Shown: positions 17,297 to 25,753 of the stretch, piece after piece
Position numbering within the stretch: the stretch's first letter is position 1
How the letters are laid out: each line of letters begins with the position of its first letter
Source: a virus
IMG/VR virus record: IMGVR_UViG_3300045988_103986
Location: 56,029 to 120,028 of that record
Reading direction: 5' to 3' (one strand)
Length of the DNA: 64,000 nucleotides
Notes under the pieces: model-generated
Told to the model about the DNA's origin: nothing
Seen by the model: the letters and a program-made list of their open reading frames with translations, nothing else
The model's database searches: none
Position numbers and translations under genes: made by a program

Positions 17297-18427
17297 TTAG
17301 GTCGAAGTGACCTCGACCTCGCAGGTGTCCTTGAACGTGGACTCGCCTGCGGTATAGCTGACCTCAACCGTGAAGTCACCGGCAGTAGCGCCGGCGGTAA
17401 TCAGACCAGTGTTTGCACCAACGGTCGTACCGTCGGGAGCGCCAGTCGCGGTATAGGTGAAGGTATTCGCGTCGCCCTTGACCAGTTCGCCATTCTTCAT
17501 GGCGATACGGGGCTGCATCTGATAGGTGGTGGACGCCTTGAGGGAAATGCCGCCGATGTTGGCAACAACGCCCTCGATCTCTTCCTCACCAGAAGCGCAC
17601 GGCTGGTAGATGTAGTACGCAAGGTCACTGCCCGCGCCGGCGCATTCGTCGCAGCCATCGGTGATGACGTCCGGGTCATAAGCGATAGCCTGACCAGACA
17701 GAGACGTGGTGTCGTTGTTGGTCTGGTCGCCGGTAATGCCGCCGTTTGCGCCAAACTTCAGGGACGGGATGATGATGTACAGCGTGCCAACACGAGTGCC
17801 CTCGTTCTGAGAGGAACCAGCAGACGTGGAGAAGACCGCCACAGTCGCAATGAAGTGAACGACCTTCGGGTCCATAGCCGTGGTGATGGTGGCAATCTGC
17901 GCAGTGGCCTTGTTGACGAAGTAGAAGACCTTGTAAGTCTTACCCGTAGTCGCGGTGAAACCGGAAACTGCGCCGTCAGTCGGGTTGATGTCATAGGCAA
18001 CACCACCGGTTGCGACCGGGGACGCAGCGCCGACTTCCTGGACATAGCAGAAGATCTTGGAGAAGCCCTTCTGCGCGACCGGCGTGCCTTCCTTGAGATC
18101 GATGGACAGTGAAGCAGTTGTAGCCGTGATAGTCTGGCACACCATGACCGGCGCGTTGTGCTGCAGCATTGCGCCCATCTGCGCTGCCTTCGCCCAGAGG
18201 TTGAAGTCGGCAGCAGTGAACTCGACGTTGACAGAAGCGTCGGAAGGAAGCGTGGTTGCGATAGCGTTGCCAAGGCCAGCGCGGATTTCGCCGATGGTGA
18301 CGCTCGGCGTCACGTTACCGGTCTGGAACTTGTTGGAGAAGTAAAGAATCTGGCCGGTAGTCTTGTCCGTACAGATTGCTTCGCCGATGCCCTTCGCGTA
18401 AAGGCGGGAGTCAGTAAAACGAATCAT
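17297..18427 (-). CDS. Major tail (tube) protein with C-terminal Ig-like domain
   Basis: 376 aa with RBS AAAGGAG. Position upstream of the tape measure gene. C-terminal Big_2-like segment (TFTYTATGAPDGTTVGANTGLITAGATAGDFTVEVSY). Followed by a stabilising hairpin. Confidence 0.6.
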   Translation of the reverse strand: MIRFTDSRLYAKGIGEAICTDKTTGQILYFSNKFQTGNVTPSVTIGEIRAGLGNAIATTLPSDASVNVEFTAADFNLWAKAAQMGAMLQHNAPVMVCQTITATTASLSIDLKEGTPVAQKGFSKIFCYVQEVGAASPVATGGVAYDINPTDGAVSGFTATTGKTYKVFYFVNKATAQIATITTAMDPKVVHFIATVAVFSTSAGSSQNEGTRVGTLYIIIPSLKFGANGGITGDQTNNDTTSLSGQAIAYDPDVITDGCDECAGAGSDLAYYIYQPCASGEEEIEGVVANIGGISLKASTTYQMQPRIAMKNGELVKGDANTFTYTATGAPDGTTVGANTGLITAGATAGDFTVEVSYTAGESTFKDTCEVEVTST

Positions 18428-18470
18428 TCTTTTGTCACTCCTTTGTGTGTTTCAAAAAGATGTTTGTGTG

Positions 18471-19304
18471 TTATGTGGTCTTGTTTCCTGCATTCTGGAC
18501 AGCCCGCATACCAGCTCCTCCAGCGAACGTTGACATATCAATCAATCCGCCGCAGTAGTCGATCTCACGGTCATACAGAGGGCTCGGGTACGGGTTTCCA
18601 TGCTTCCATTTCCCGCCCTGCGACTCTGCAAAACTGCATGTGATATACCCAACGAGCCGCTGCACTGCATCACGTCTGCACATCAGCTTCAAGATCGGCC
18701 AGTTTTCCATTTCCGACTCGTCTGCGCCGGAGACCGTCGCGATTGTCGCTTTCAGTGCTTTCACGTCGTAGATCAGTTTGGGCGCATTCATCTCCGCAAG
18801 GTCTCGTTCCGCCTGCACCAACTCAGGGTTGGCATTCTCAGATACCAGATCAATGCCGTTCTGAGCTGCCAAAATTGGCCGCAGACGCTGAAACTGCATA
18901 GGGGTGATTCTTTTGACTTCCCTGCCTGCGAAGACAAGCACGCTTTTCAGACGCATTGGGTCTTTCTCATTCGGTTCAAGCTCCACAAGCTCCATCCGTT
19001 TTTCGGCCGTTAAGCCTTCCCCTGCTTGCAGCGCAAGCAGAAGAAACAGGATGCTCTTGTAGAAAAGCCCGCTTCCGGGCTGTCCGTTTGCTGCCGCGTC
19101 AAGCTCCATCTGGTAGTACGCCTGCAAAAGAGGCTTAGACAGCAGCGCCACAGGGAGACTCTGCTGCATAAACTCGATGGCTGGCCTTGCCATGGTGAAT
19201 TCGTTGATTTCCTTGACGCAGATTGGATATAGGGTCAAGCCTTCGGTCTCGATTGGTTCAAATCGCCGAACAGCCTTTGCCATCTTTGGAGAAAGGTCTT
19301 GCAT
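18471..19304 (-). CDS. Hypothetical structural protein (neck/tail terminator region)
   Basis: 277-aa ORF, the first gene after the internal terminator element. Confidence 0.5.
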   Translation of the reverse strand: MQDLSPKMAKAVRRFEPIETEGLTLYPICVKEINEFTMARPAIEFMQQSLPVALLSKPLLQAYYQMELDAAANGQPGSGLFYKSILFLLLALQAGEGLTAEKRMELVELEPNEKDPMRLKSVLVFAGREVKRITPMQFQRLRPILAAQNGIDLVSENANPELVQAERDLAEMNAPKLIYDVKALKATIATVSGADESEMENWPILKLMCRRDAVQRLVGYITCSFAESQGGKWKHGNPYPSPLYDREIDYCGGLIDMSTFAGGAGMRAVQNAGNKTT

Positions 19305-19342
19305 TTTTTATTCCTCGCCTTTCTGGTTGCCGTATGAAAACG

Positions 19343-19414
19343 AAAAAGAGCCGCAAACGCAGTTTTTCTGCGTTCACAGCTCCACTAGCTCTTCCTCGCC
19401 GCCACTTCGGCGCG
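19343..19414 (-). terminator. Structured intergenic element: GC hairpin, then the 18-nt motif GGAAGAGCTAGTGGAGCT, then an intrinsic terminator
   Basis: Terminator stem gagccgcaaacgcag (19348-19362) pairs with ctgcgttcacagctc (19368-19382), followed by a U tract on the minus strand (19343-19347). The 18-nt motif at 19378-19395 is identical to the one at 39673-39690. An upstream hairpin lies at 19397-19414. Confidence 0.6.
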
Positions 19415-19433
19415 GGTCAAATATTGTTCTGTG

Positions 19434-20120
19434 CTATTCCTCTGGCAAATCCATCTCCGAGTCGCACCACTCAACGCTCATGTGTGGCATACGACCGACG
19501 TGGTTGCCATAGTCGAAGATACTCTTGCTGCCGTTATCGGCATGAGCATACCGGTCGAAGTCGATAACGCCGATGCCGGTAATGTTTACGCCGTGCAGGG
19601 CCTCGATGATGCACTGCTCGATGTTATACGCTCTGGAATAGGCATCAGTCCGCGTGGTATTCTCCATGTTGACATTCACAAGGACCTCAAACTGCAGGCC
19701 GAGGACCGTATGGAAATTATCTTTTGCAATCGTGCGGCCCATGTAGAGTTTCAGTATCGTATCCGCCTCTGTATCGCTCTGACCCCAGACTCTCTGCGGA
19801 TAGATGCGATATCCTTTCGGGTGCCGTTCTTTCTCTTCCTGCGTGTTGAGCACGGGATTGTCCCCATCAAACAGCATGGACAGCTTTTCAGCCGGCGTAG
19901 GCAGCGGATTCGCCAACGGCCTAGCGCCATCGTGCCACAGATACTTCATCAGCCGCACGCGGGCGCGGTCGTTGTCATCAACCGGCATGTACCCCGGCAG
20001 AGGAAGGTCCATCAGATACTTTAAAATCTTGATGGGGATTTCCTCTGTGCCACGAAGCCTGTTGAAACCCGGACTGACGCGGCTATAGGGATAAGTGTCC
20101 GAGTTCACCGATACCGCCAT
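19434..20120 (-). CDS. Hypothetical structural protein (228 aa)
   Basis: ORF immediately following, with a 1-nt gap, the gene at 20122-20700. Confidence 0.5.
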   Translation of the reverse strand: MAVSVNSDTYPYSRVSPGFNRLRGTEEIPIKILKYLMDLPLPGYMPVDDNDRARVRLMKYLWHDGARPLANPLPTPAEKLSMLFDGDNPVLNTQEEKERHPKGYRIYPQRVWGQSDTEADTILKLYMGRTIAKDNFHTVLGLQFEVLVNVNMENTTRTDAYSRAYNIEQCIIEALHGVNITGIGVIDFDRYAHADNGSKSIFDYGNHVGRMPHMSVEWCDSEMDLPEE

Positions 20121-20121
20121 A

Positions 20122-20700
20122 TCAAGCTCCCTCCGGCTGTTTCTTCCGGCTTTCCATGTAGTCAGCGAATGCCTTCTGCGCGTCCTTCAGCTCGTTCAGC
20201 GCGCCGCTGACAGCCTCTGGCGTGGTCTGCTGCTGCAGCGCCATGATGATGCGTGTGACCGGCTCGTTCATGACCTGCGTGAGGCCGTAGATTTCGGTAT
20301 TCAGCCGCTTTTCGAGGTCGCGCATATCTGCAACCACGTCAAATGCCTTATCCCGAACCTCTCCGTCGTAGCGCTTCAGGCGCTCAATCTGGTTCATGAT
20401 GTGGCTCGCGGCAAAGCGGTCGAAATCCGGAGTTGACATAATCCAAGGATTCTTCTCTGACTCGAATGCCTCGCCCAAGTAGAGCTTCGCATATGCCGCC
20501 ATGAGCACACGACTCTTGATTGCCGTGTTTTCTTTATAGAGCGGCGGCATCGGCATACTGTCCAGTCCGCTATCAATCTTCAGCTCCACGCGGTCAAAGC
20601 AAAGATCCGCCGCCTCTTTGACGAGCTGCATCTTCTCAAGCAGCGGAACATAGTCCGGCATCTGCATGAGTTTTTCCTTCGTAATAACGATCTTTTCCAT
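20122..20700 (-). CDS. Hypothetical structural protein (192 aa)
   Basis: RBS AAAGGAG before the ATG at 20700. Confidence 0.5.
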   Translation of the reverse strand: MEKIVITKEKLMQMPDYVPLLEKMQLVKEAADLCFDRVELKIDSGLDSMPMPPLYKENTAIKSRVLMAAYAKLYLGEAFESEKNPWIMSTPDFDRFAASHIMNQIERLKRYDGEVRDKAFDVVADMRDLEKRLNTEIYGLTQVMNEPVTRIIMALQQQTTPEAVSGALNELKDAQKAFADYMESRKKQPEGA

Positions 20701-20744
20701 ACCTTCACGACTCCTTTCGGTTGTATGGCTCAGTTTATTGTATG

Positions 20745-20921
20745 CTAGGTTTTAATCTTGCAGTGGGCTTCTCCGTCGGAAACCTCCCACTTTTTTGTCC
20801 TTGCGCACAAATATTGATGTGCGCACCAATCATGTCGTTCGCCTTTTTCTGTAAGATACCGGCAATGCAGACTCACGTCGCCGTTTTTACGGTAGGCGTA
20901 TTCGCAGTAATGTGCGCCCAT
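20745..20921 (-). CDS. Small Cys/His-rich protein (58 aa)
   Basis: MGAHYCEYAYRKNGDVSLHCRYLTEKGERHDWCAHQYLCARTKKWEVSDGEAHCKIKT. Below the ORF-track cutoff. Follows paralog E. Confidence 0.4.
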   Translation of the reverse strand: MGAHYCEYAYRKNGDVSLHCRYLTEKGERHDWCAHQYLCARTKKWEVSDGEAHCKIKT

Positions 20922-20930
20922 GTTTTCTTC

Positions 20931-21355
20931 TCATCCTTCCGTGATATCCGCTCTGTAAGAGTAACGGTAAAACTTCACAGTGACGTCTTTTTTCAGGACG
21001 TACTCGTAGTTTATAAAGCTTTTCTGTTCAGCGACTTTGTTCCCGTTTAAATACACAGAGCAGTTTGCTTTGTCTGCATTCGATATGATGATGCTGATTT
21101 TGGCCCCAGAAGGCAGCACTACACTTTCAGAAAACAAGTATTGGTTGTTGTAGTTCACCCACATATAATACGTAGAGCCGCCATTCCAGCCGTCTACGAC
21201 TGTAAGAATCACTTCTTTTGGCGCGAATGCGATCTCATATGTGGTCCCCTCGACCTGCGTCCACCCCCCCCGATATGGAATATAGTTCCATCTACGAGGT
21301 TGGTCCCGCCGGTGATGTCATAGCTCGTACCGGCGATTATGGTTTTATGGCTCAT
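20931..21355 (-). CDS. Fibre-tip-like paralog E; reading frame split at poly-G(8) and would be continuous with G9
   Basis: AGGAGG RBS plus ATG at 21355 opens MSHKTIIAGTSYDITGGTNLVDGTIFHIGGG. After the tract, the long ORF (..WTQVEGTTYEIAFAPKEVILTVVDGWNGG..) lies in the -1 frame and has neither an RBS nor an ATG of its own. Confidence 0.7.
21264..21271 (-). repeat. Homopolymeric G8 tract (C8 on the plus strand) inside paralog E
   Basis: Counted directly in the sequence. Confidence 0.9.
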
Positions 21356-21382
21356 GTTGCCTCCTAGTTCGCGCTTTGTTTT

Positions 21383-21849
21383 TCATTCTGTGACGTATGT
21401 GTTGTAAACATCTATAGCAATTGCACCGTCTCCCCATGGGTTTGCCGTCTGAATAGAGTCATAAAGCGTAACGGTCACGTCTGAATTTACTGTGTAATCG
21501 TACCAAAGCACGCTGCTGCTAGAGTCGGCTTTACGGACGTTGTTTATAAAAACTGATCCGGTATGATTGTATTCTCCGCCGTACTTCAACTGAATGACTT
21601 CGCCTTTTTCCACTGTCAGGGTTTTCGGCGCAGAGTACAGGGTGCCGTTATACTTTACCCGATTGGTATTGTAGCCCGAACCGCCGTTAACGATCGTTAC
21701 CGTCACGTACTCGGTTTTCTTCAGTACGATATCGACGGCTGTCCCATCAATCAACGTTTTGCCTTGTTCAATTGAATATACCGTTCCACCAATGAGGGCT
21801 TTACCCCCCCCACTTGGTAATTAGTACCATTCACAAGTGCATTTGCCAT
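21383..21849 (-). CDS. Fibre-tip-like paralog D; frame split at poly-G(8), needs G9
   Basis: GAGGTGG RBS plus ATG at 21849 opens MANALVNGTNYQVGG. The continuation GKALIGGTVYSIEQGKTLIDGTAVDIVLKK... lies in the -1 frame. Confidence 0.7.
21804..21811 (-). repeat. Homopolymeric G8 tract inside paralog D
   Basis: Counted directly in the sequence. Confidence 0.9.
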
Positions 21850-22310
21850 CATGCCACCTCAGTGAAATACTGGCCGATCAGCTCGTGCGGGAGATACTGC
21901 AGGGTGATCTTGTCGCCGGCCGTTGCGCCGGTGCGCTCGCAGAGGTAGAGTTTGCTGTCTTCCGGGTCGGTATAGTACAGGCCGTAGGTGTACTCCATGC
22001 CTCTGGACGCCGGGATCGGGTCTTCCCGCGTGCCGGCGTGCTGCTCATCGATGACGGTGAAGAGCGCAGGAGTCTTATCCGGCTCCCAGCCGGTTTGAGT
22101 GGTGTGGCCCTGGCCTTTGTTGACGCGGTACAGCTTGTCCACGCCGTCGGTCGCGAAGACGAGCCGGTCGCCGGGCTTGACCACCATATCGGGGGCCCAG
22201 CGGGCGTAGAGTTCCTTCGCCTGCAGCGCGTCTGCGTCATCCAGATATGCAGACGCCTTCACGATGAATGGGCGCAGGGCCCGTGCGCGTTCGGTGTATG
22301 TAGTAGCCAT
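21849..22310 (-). CDS. Hypothetical protein (153 aa) with a possible CBM5/12-like W..P/Y..GD motif pattern
   Basis: Translationally coupled with its neighbours (ATGA-type overlaps). Motifs 'YARWAPDMVVKPGDRLVF..DKLYRVNKGQGHTTQTGWEP'. The domain call is weak. Confidence 0.45.
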   Translation of the reverse strand: MATTYTERARALRPFIVKASAYLDDADALQAKELYARWAPDMVVKPGDRLVFATDGVDKLYRVNKGQGHTTQTGWEPDKTPALFTVIDEQHAGTREDPIPASRGMEYTYGLYYTDPEDSKLYLCERTGATAGDKITLQYLPHELIGQYFTEVA

Positions 22311-22702
22311 TATTCTGCCTCCCCCATCAAGATTTTTGCCGCCTGTTCGGCGTCCGCTGCCTGCTCGCGGGCAAGCTCAAGTTCGGTCTTTTTGCCCATC
22401 TTCGCCGTCACGGTCCCGTCTCGATTATCGGTAATAGGGCCTGCGACAGCGTAGTCGGCGTTGTCCCATTCCTGCACCTGCTCCTCGGTCGCGCCGGTGG
22501 GGTTGCCGTCGGTGTCGTAGACGGGGACGGTATCGCGCTGGATGATGGACCAGCTCAGTCCGTCCACAAACAGCTGCGCGGCGGCAGCGTGGGTCATGGT
22601 CAGCGTGACGGCCTTGCTCTCGCGCCCGCCCCAGTCCCGGTCGGTGACTTTCCCGGCGATCGACGCCGGATATTCGGTGTTATTTGTCTTAAAATAAATC
22701 AT
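22310..22702 (-). CDS. Hypothetical protein (130 aa), common companion of Firmicutes prophage tail-fibre genes
   Basis: ORF with start/stop overlap to the next gene. C-terminal Ala/Glu-rich helix. Confidence 0.45.
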   Translation of the reverse strand: MIYFKTNNTEYPASIAGKVTDRDWGGRESKAVTLTMTHAAAAQLFVDGLSWSIIQRDTVPVYDTDGNPTGATEEQVQEWDNADYAVAGPITDNRDGTVTAKMGKKTELELAREQAADAEQAAKILMGEAE

Positions 22703-22706
22703 GTTG

Positions 22707-23169
22707 TCATCCCTTTCTTTTCAGTATGACTGTGCAAACTATATAAGACGCTGCCATTGGCCACCCTATGTAGCTTGCTCCCGTTGAATATTTGGCGTTT
22801 ATCGTCAGCTTCCCGTTTACAGTCGCGTTTTCTGTTATTTTATAATTGAGAAGTTCATATCCCGAGCTCATAGCATTGGTGTACGCTCTGTTAAACCTAA
22901 TCGAATTTTCTATGGATGTTTTTACGGCTATGAAACGTGAAGATTGTTGTCCGAAAACAAAGTATTCAGCAAGATCGTATTTCGTCCAGTCAAACGCAGC
23001 ATTTTCGAGCGTCATCACTTCCTTGCTGATCGACGTCGGGTTCATCTCAACAACAACCGTGTCGTTCACTTCGCGGGTAGCCATGATACTGTAGACTGTG
23101 CCGTCGATCATGACTTTACCCCCCCCCAACTTGGTAATTCGTACCATTTAAAAGTGCAACGTGTGCCAT
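22707..23169 (-). CDS. Fibre-tip-like paralog C; frame split at poly-G(9), needs G8
   Basis: AGGAGG RBS plus ATG at 23169 gives MAHVALLNGTNYQVGGG followed by TAA. The continuation KVMIDGTVYSIMATREV... lies in the +1 frame. The ORF-track start at 23147 has no RBS. Confidence 0.7.
23119..23127 (-). repeat. Homopolymeric G9 tract inside paralog C
   Basis: Counted directly, and consistent with the ORF-track translation LGGGK. Confidence 0.9.
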
Positions 23170-23182
23170 GCTGATTCCTCCT

Positions 23183-23705
23183 TTATGCTGGCTCGAAAGA
23201 TAAAACCTTCACATACGCGCTTAAATCGCCCAAGCACGGATTTATCATGTTGAAATTAGGTCTATAGGTTCCTTCTTTTGTCGCTTGTATAGTAAAAATC
23301 ATTGATTTGTTGTCACTCGCCTCATGATAATCAGTGACACCATCGCCAGTAATGGTATTGCAGTTTCCTGTGACCTGTAATTGCAAAATGCCAGGCGTCA
23401 TCTGGATTGTCATCGAGTTTCTACTTAGATACACGTATTGCGCTTTCGAACCAAATGATACGCTCCCCTCCGTGCTCGGGTAAGTGAGCGTAGGCATTTG
23501 AATGTCTTTAGTGCTGTCGTATTGACTAAGCACGTAACGCCACGACATATCAATCGTGTACGATCCTTTTGAGAACAGGATGTCATACCTGGTCCCGTTT
23601 ACAAGTGTGCGACCCCCCCCCGATTTGGAATATAGTTCCATCTACGAGGTTGGTCCCGCCGGTCACGTCGTAGCTCGTACCGGCGATTATGGTTTTATGG
23701 CTCAT
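23183..23705 (-). CDS. Fibre-tip-like paralog B; frame split at poly-G(9), needs G8
   Basis: GGAGG RBS plus ATG at 23705 (ATGA overlap with paralog A's stop) opens MSHKTIIAGTSYDVTGGTNLVDGTIFQIGGG. The continuation RTLVNGTRYDILFSKG... lies in the +1 frame. Confidence 0.7.
23613..23621 (-). repeat. Homopolymeric G9 tract inside paralog B
   Basis: Counted directly, and consistent with the ORF-track translation SGGGR. Confidence 0.9.
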
Positions 23706-24156
23706 GTTTTTGCCTCCAAGACGATGGTGTATATGCTACCCTCAACAAGTAAATTTGCAGATGGGAGCGCTGGGAGCACCGCTTTTCCGTTTTGTGAAAA
23801 ATTGAACATTGATGTTACACTTGGGCTATCTGCAGATGAGACACCGCTGTAATGTCCGCCGGAAACTATTCCATTCATTTTCTGATAATTTTTCTCATAC
23901 ACAATTAAGACCGTCACTCCGGTCATATTGTAATATCCGGCAGTTGCGTACAGCGCTTGCACGACTTCATATTTGTCGTAATCCAAGCGTGCATCATTAA
24001 CCGTGAAGCTGCCATTTACAGTAGACGGCAGTTTGCCAGTAACAACAATGGTCTTCTCCACTTCCTTGGTCGTCATGATCGAGTAGGCCGTTCCATCAAT
24101 GAGAGCTTTACCCCCCCCACTTGGTAATTCGTGCCATTTACAAGTGCATTTGCCAT
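23702..24156 (-). CDS. Fibre-tip-like paralog A; frame split at poly-G(8), needs G9
   Basis: GAGGTGA RBS plus ATG at 24156 opens MANALVNGTNYQVGG. The continuation GKALIDGTAYSIMTTKEVEK... lies in the -1 frame. Confidence 0.7.
24111..24118 (-). repeat. Homopolymeric G8 tract inside paralog A
   Basis: Counted directly in the sequence. Confidence 0.9.
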
Positions 24157-24165
24157 AATTTCACC

Positions 24166-24546
24166 TCATGTTGCATCCGATTTCGGAATAGCGATATAGT
24201 AGTAGGTAGAGCCATTGTAACTGTCATTAAAATACGCGGCACTTGAAGCTGAATTTGCTTTTAACGTTACCGACTTTCCATCCCACACGACCGTTCCCAA
24301 TCTATCAAAAGACGTATTTCCACTACGTTGTCCGGTTAAGCCTGTTTCTCCATTTATCAGTTCAATCTCAGATTCAAGATACCCAGAACTGATCCAATGA
24401 ATTTTAAAAAGGGCTAGTTCAAAGTCAAAAGCAAATGTTCGGCTTAAATTTCCATTTCCTTTATAAGACCCGATAACTGCGCCTTTGTCACCGCTTCCTC
24501 CGCCTATTGTATATATGGTTCCGTTGACTAAAGTCTTACCGCTCAT
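24166..24546 (-). CDS. Fibre-tip-like paralog P1, the only intact family member with no homopolymer
   Basis: GGAGGA RBS 9 nt before the ATG at 24546. MSGKTLVNGTIYTIGGGSGDK.. has the same LVNGTxYxIGGG motif, but GGG is encoded GGC GGA GGA. Confidence 0.7.
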   Translation of the reverse strand: MSGKTLVNGTIYTIGGGSGDKGAVIGSYKGNGNLSRTFAFDFELALFKIHWISSGYLESEIELINGETGLTGQRSGNTSFDRLGTVVWDGKSVTLKANSASSAAYFNDSYNGSTYYYIAIPKSDAT

Positions 24547-24564
24547 TACATATATCCTCCACAA

Positions 24565-25731
24565 TCACTCATATTGCCAAGCAATGGTTCCGTTGATGGA
24601 AGGCGTCGTCTCTGCTGAGAACAGTGCCTCGCCACGGGCCATGTAGGTCGTATAGTTGCTATCCGCAATATTTACTGCATTATTACGATTAAGCGCCGTA
24701 TTGATATTGCTAGTCGTTGCTGCGCCCACATCGGCCGCAGAAAGTGACACCACGCCGGTCTTATTGTTGACACTGGTTACAGGGGCAGATTTAATATAAT
24801 CCACACCTTCTTCAGCGATTTCCCATGCGGTTGGAACGCCACTGGAATCTACAGATTTTACCTTAATAAGGTCTCCGACCGCCGCGCCGGACGAGATGAG
24901 CGTGTCTTGCTTCTTTGCAAGAGCTGTGTTGAGGTCGCTTTCCGTCTGGAATTTCGCATCGTTGTCGAGGTCAGAAGACTTTCCGCTGAATGCGACCGTC
25001 TTCAAATCCGAGAACCATTTTGCGATTTTTCCAAAGAGGACGGAAAGCTTGTCGCCGGAAGCGACGTTTTCGCGTACCGCCGCCTGTTCGAAAGTCGCAG
25101 TCGTCTCGGAAGAATCGCCAGTCTTCTTGAGGTAATCAGTGGTAACAAAGTCTTCCGTGGCGAGTTTCTTCGAGCCGTTGTCCATGCCGGTGCCGCTGGT
25201 AGATCCGACGTAGACGTCGCCGGCATACCATGCGTTGCCGTTCCAGTCCATCGTATGGGCGTTGGAGCGGTTCGAATTGGAAGTTCCATTGCCCACGATA
25301 TGCTGATAAGTACCACGTCCGGAAGGCTCATTCCCAGACGGGTCCTGAACGTTGTACTCACCCTCTACATGCTGAGAGCGATTTGCTGCGACAGTTCCGG
25401 TCCCTTCGGCGTGTGCGGCCTGTCCGGAAGCCTCCGTGGAGGAACCTTCTGCATGAGAACAATCGCCAGAAGCCTTTGTGCCGCTGTTCTGCGCATGGGA
25501 AGCGCTGCCGGACGCGACTGCTCCGTTACCTTCTGCATGAGCACTGGCTGCGGATGCAGACGTACCGGAGCCAAACGCCGTCGCGTTTGCACCGGAAGCA
25601 GCTGCTGCACCCGCTTGCTTCAGCGCGCCAGCTCCGGCCCCGTTCTCAAGGTTCGTCGCAGTGGAGCGCTCTTCCACGTCTTTCTTGCGAGGAATCGATA
25701 AGTCCTCATTGTATTTCGTAAGGTTTCTCAT
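24565..25731 (-). CDS. Tail/neck fibre protein with YadA-head-like SHAEG repeats and an SVNxKTGxVxLxAADVGA motif
   Basis: 388 aa. Repeats 'AHAEGNGAVASGSASHAQNSGTKASGDCSHAEGSSTEASGQAAHAEG'. 'VTSVNNKTGVVSLSAADVGA'. N-terminus MRNLTKYNEDLSIPRKK is shared with the ORF at 26668-26997. Confidence 0.7.
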   Translation of the reverse strand: MRNLTKYNEDLSIPRKKDVEERSTATNLENGAGAGALKQAGAAAASGANATAFGSGTSASAASAHAEGNGAVASGSASHAQNSGTKASGDCSHAEGSSTEASGQAAHAEGTGTVAANRSQHVEGEYNVQDPSGNEPSGRGTYQHIVGNGTSNSNRSNAHTMDWNGNAWYAGDVYVGSTSGTGMDNGSKKLATEDFVTTDYLKKTGDSSETTATFEQAAVRENVASGDKLSVLFGKIAKWFSDLKTVAFSGKSSDLDNDAKFQTESDLNTALAKKQDTLISSGAAVGDLIKVKSVDSSGVPTAWEIAEEGVDYIKSAPVTSVNNKTGVVSLSAADVGAATTSNINTALNRNNAVNIADSNYTTYMARGEALFSAETTPSINGTIAWQYE

Positions 25732-25753
25732 GTGATTTCCTCCTACATGTTAA

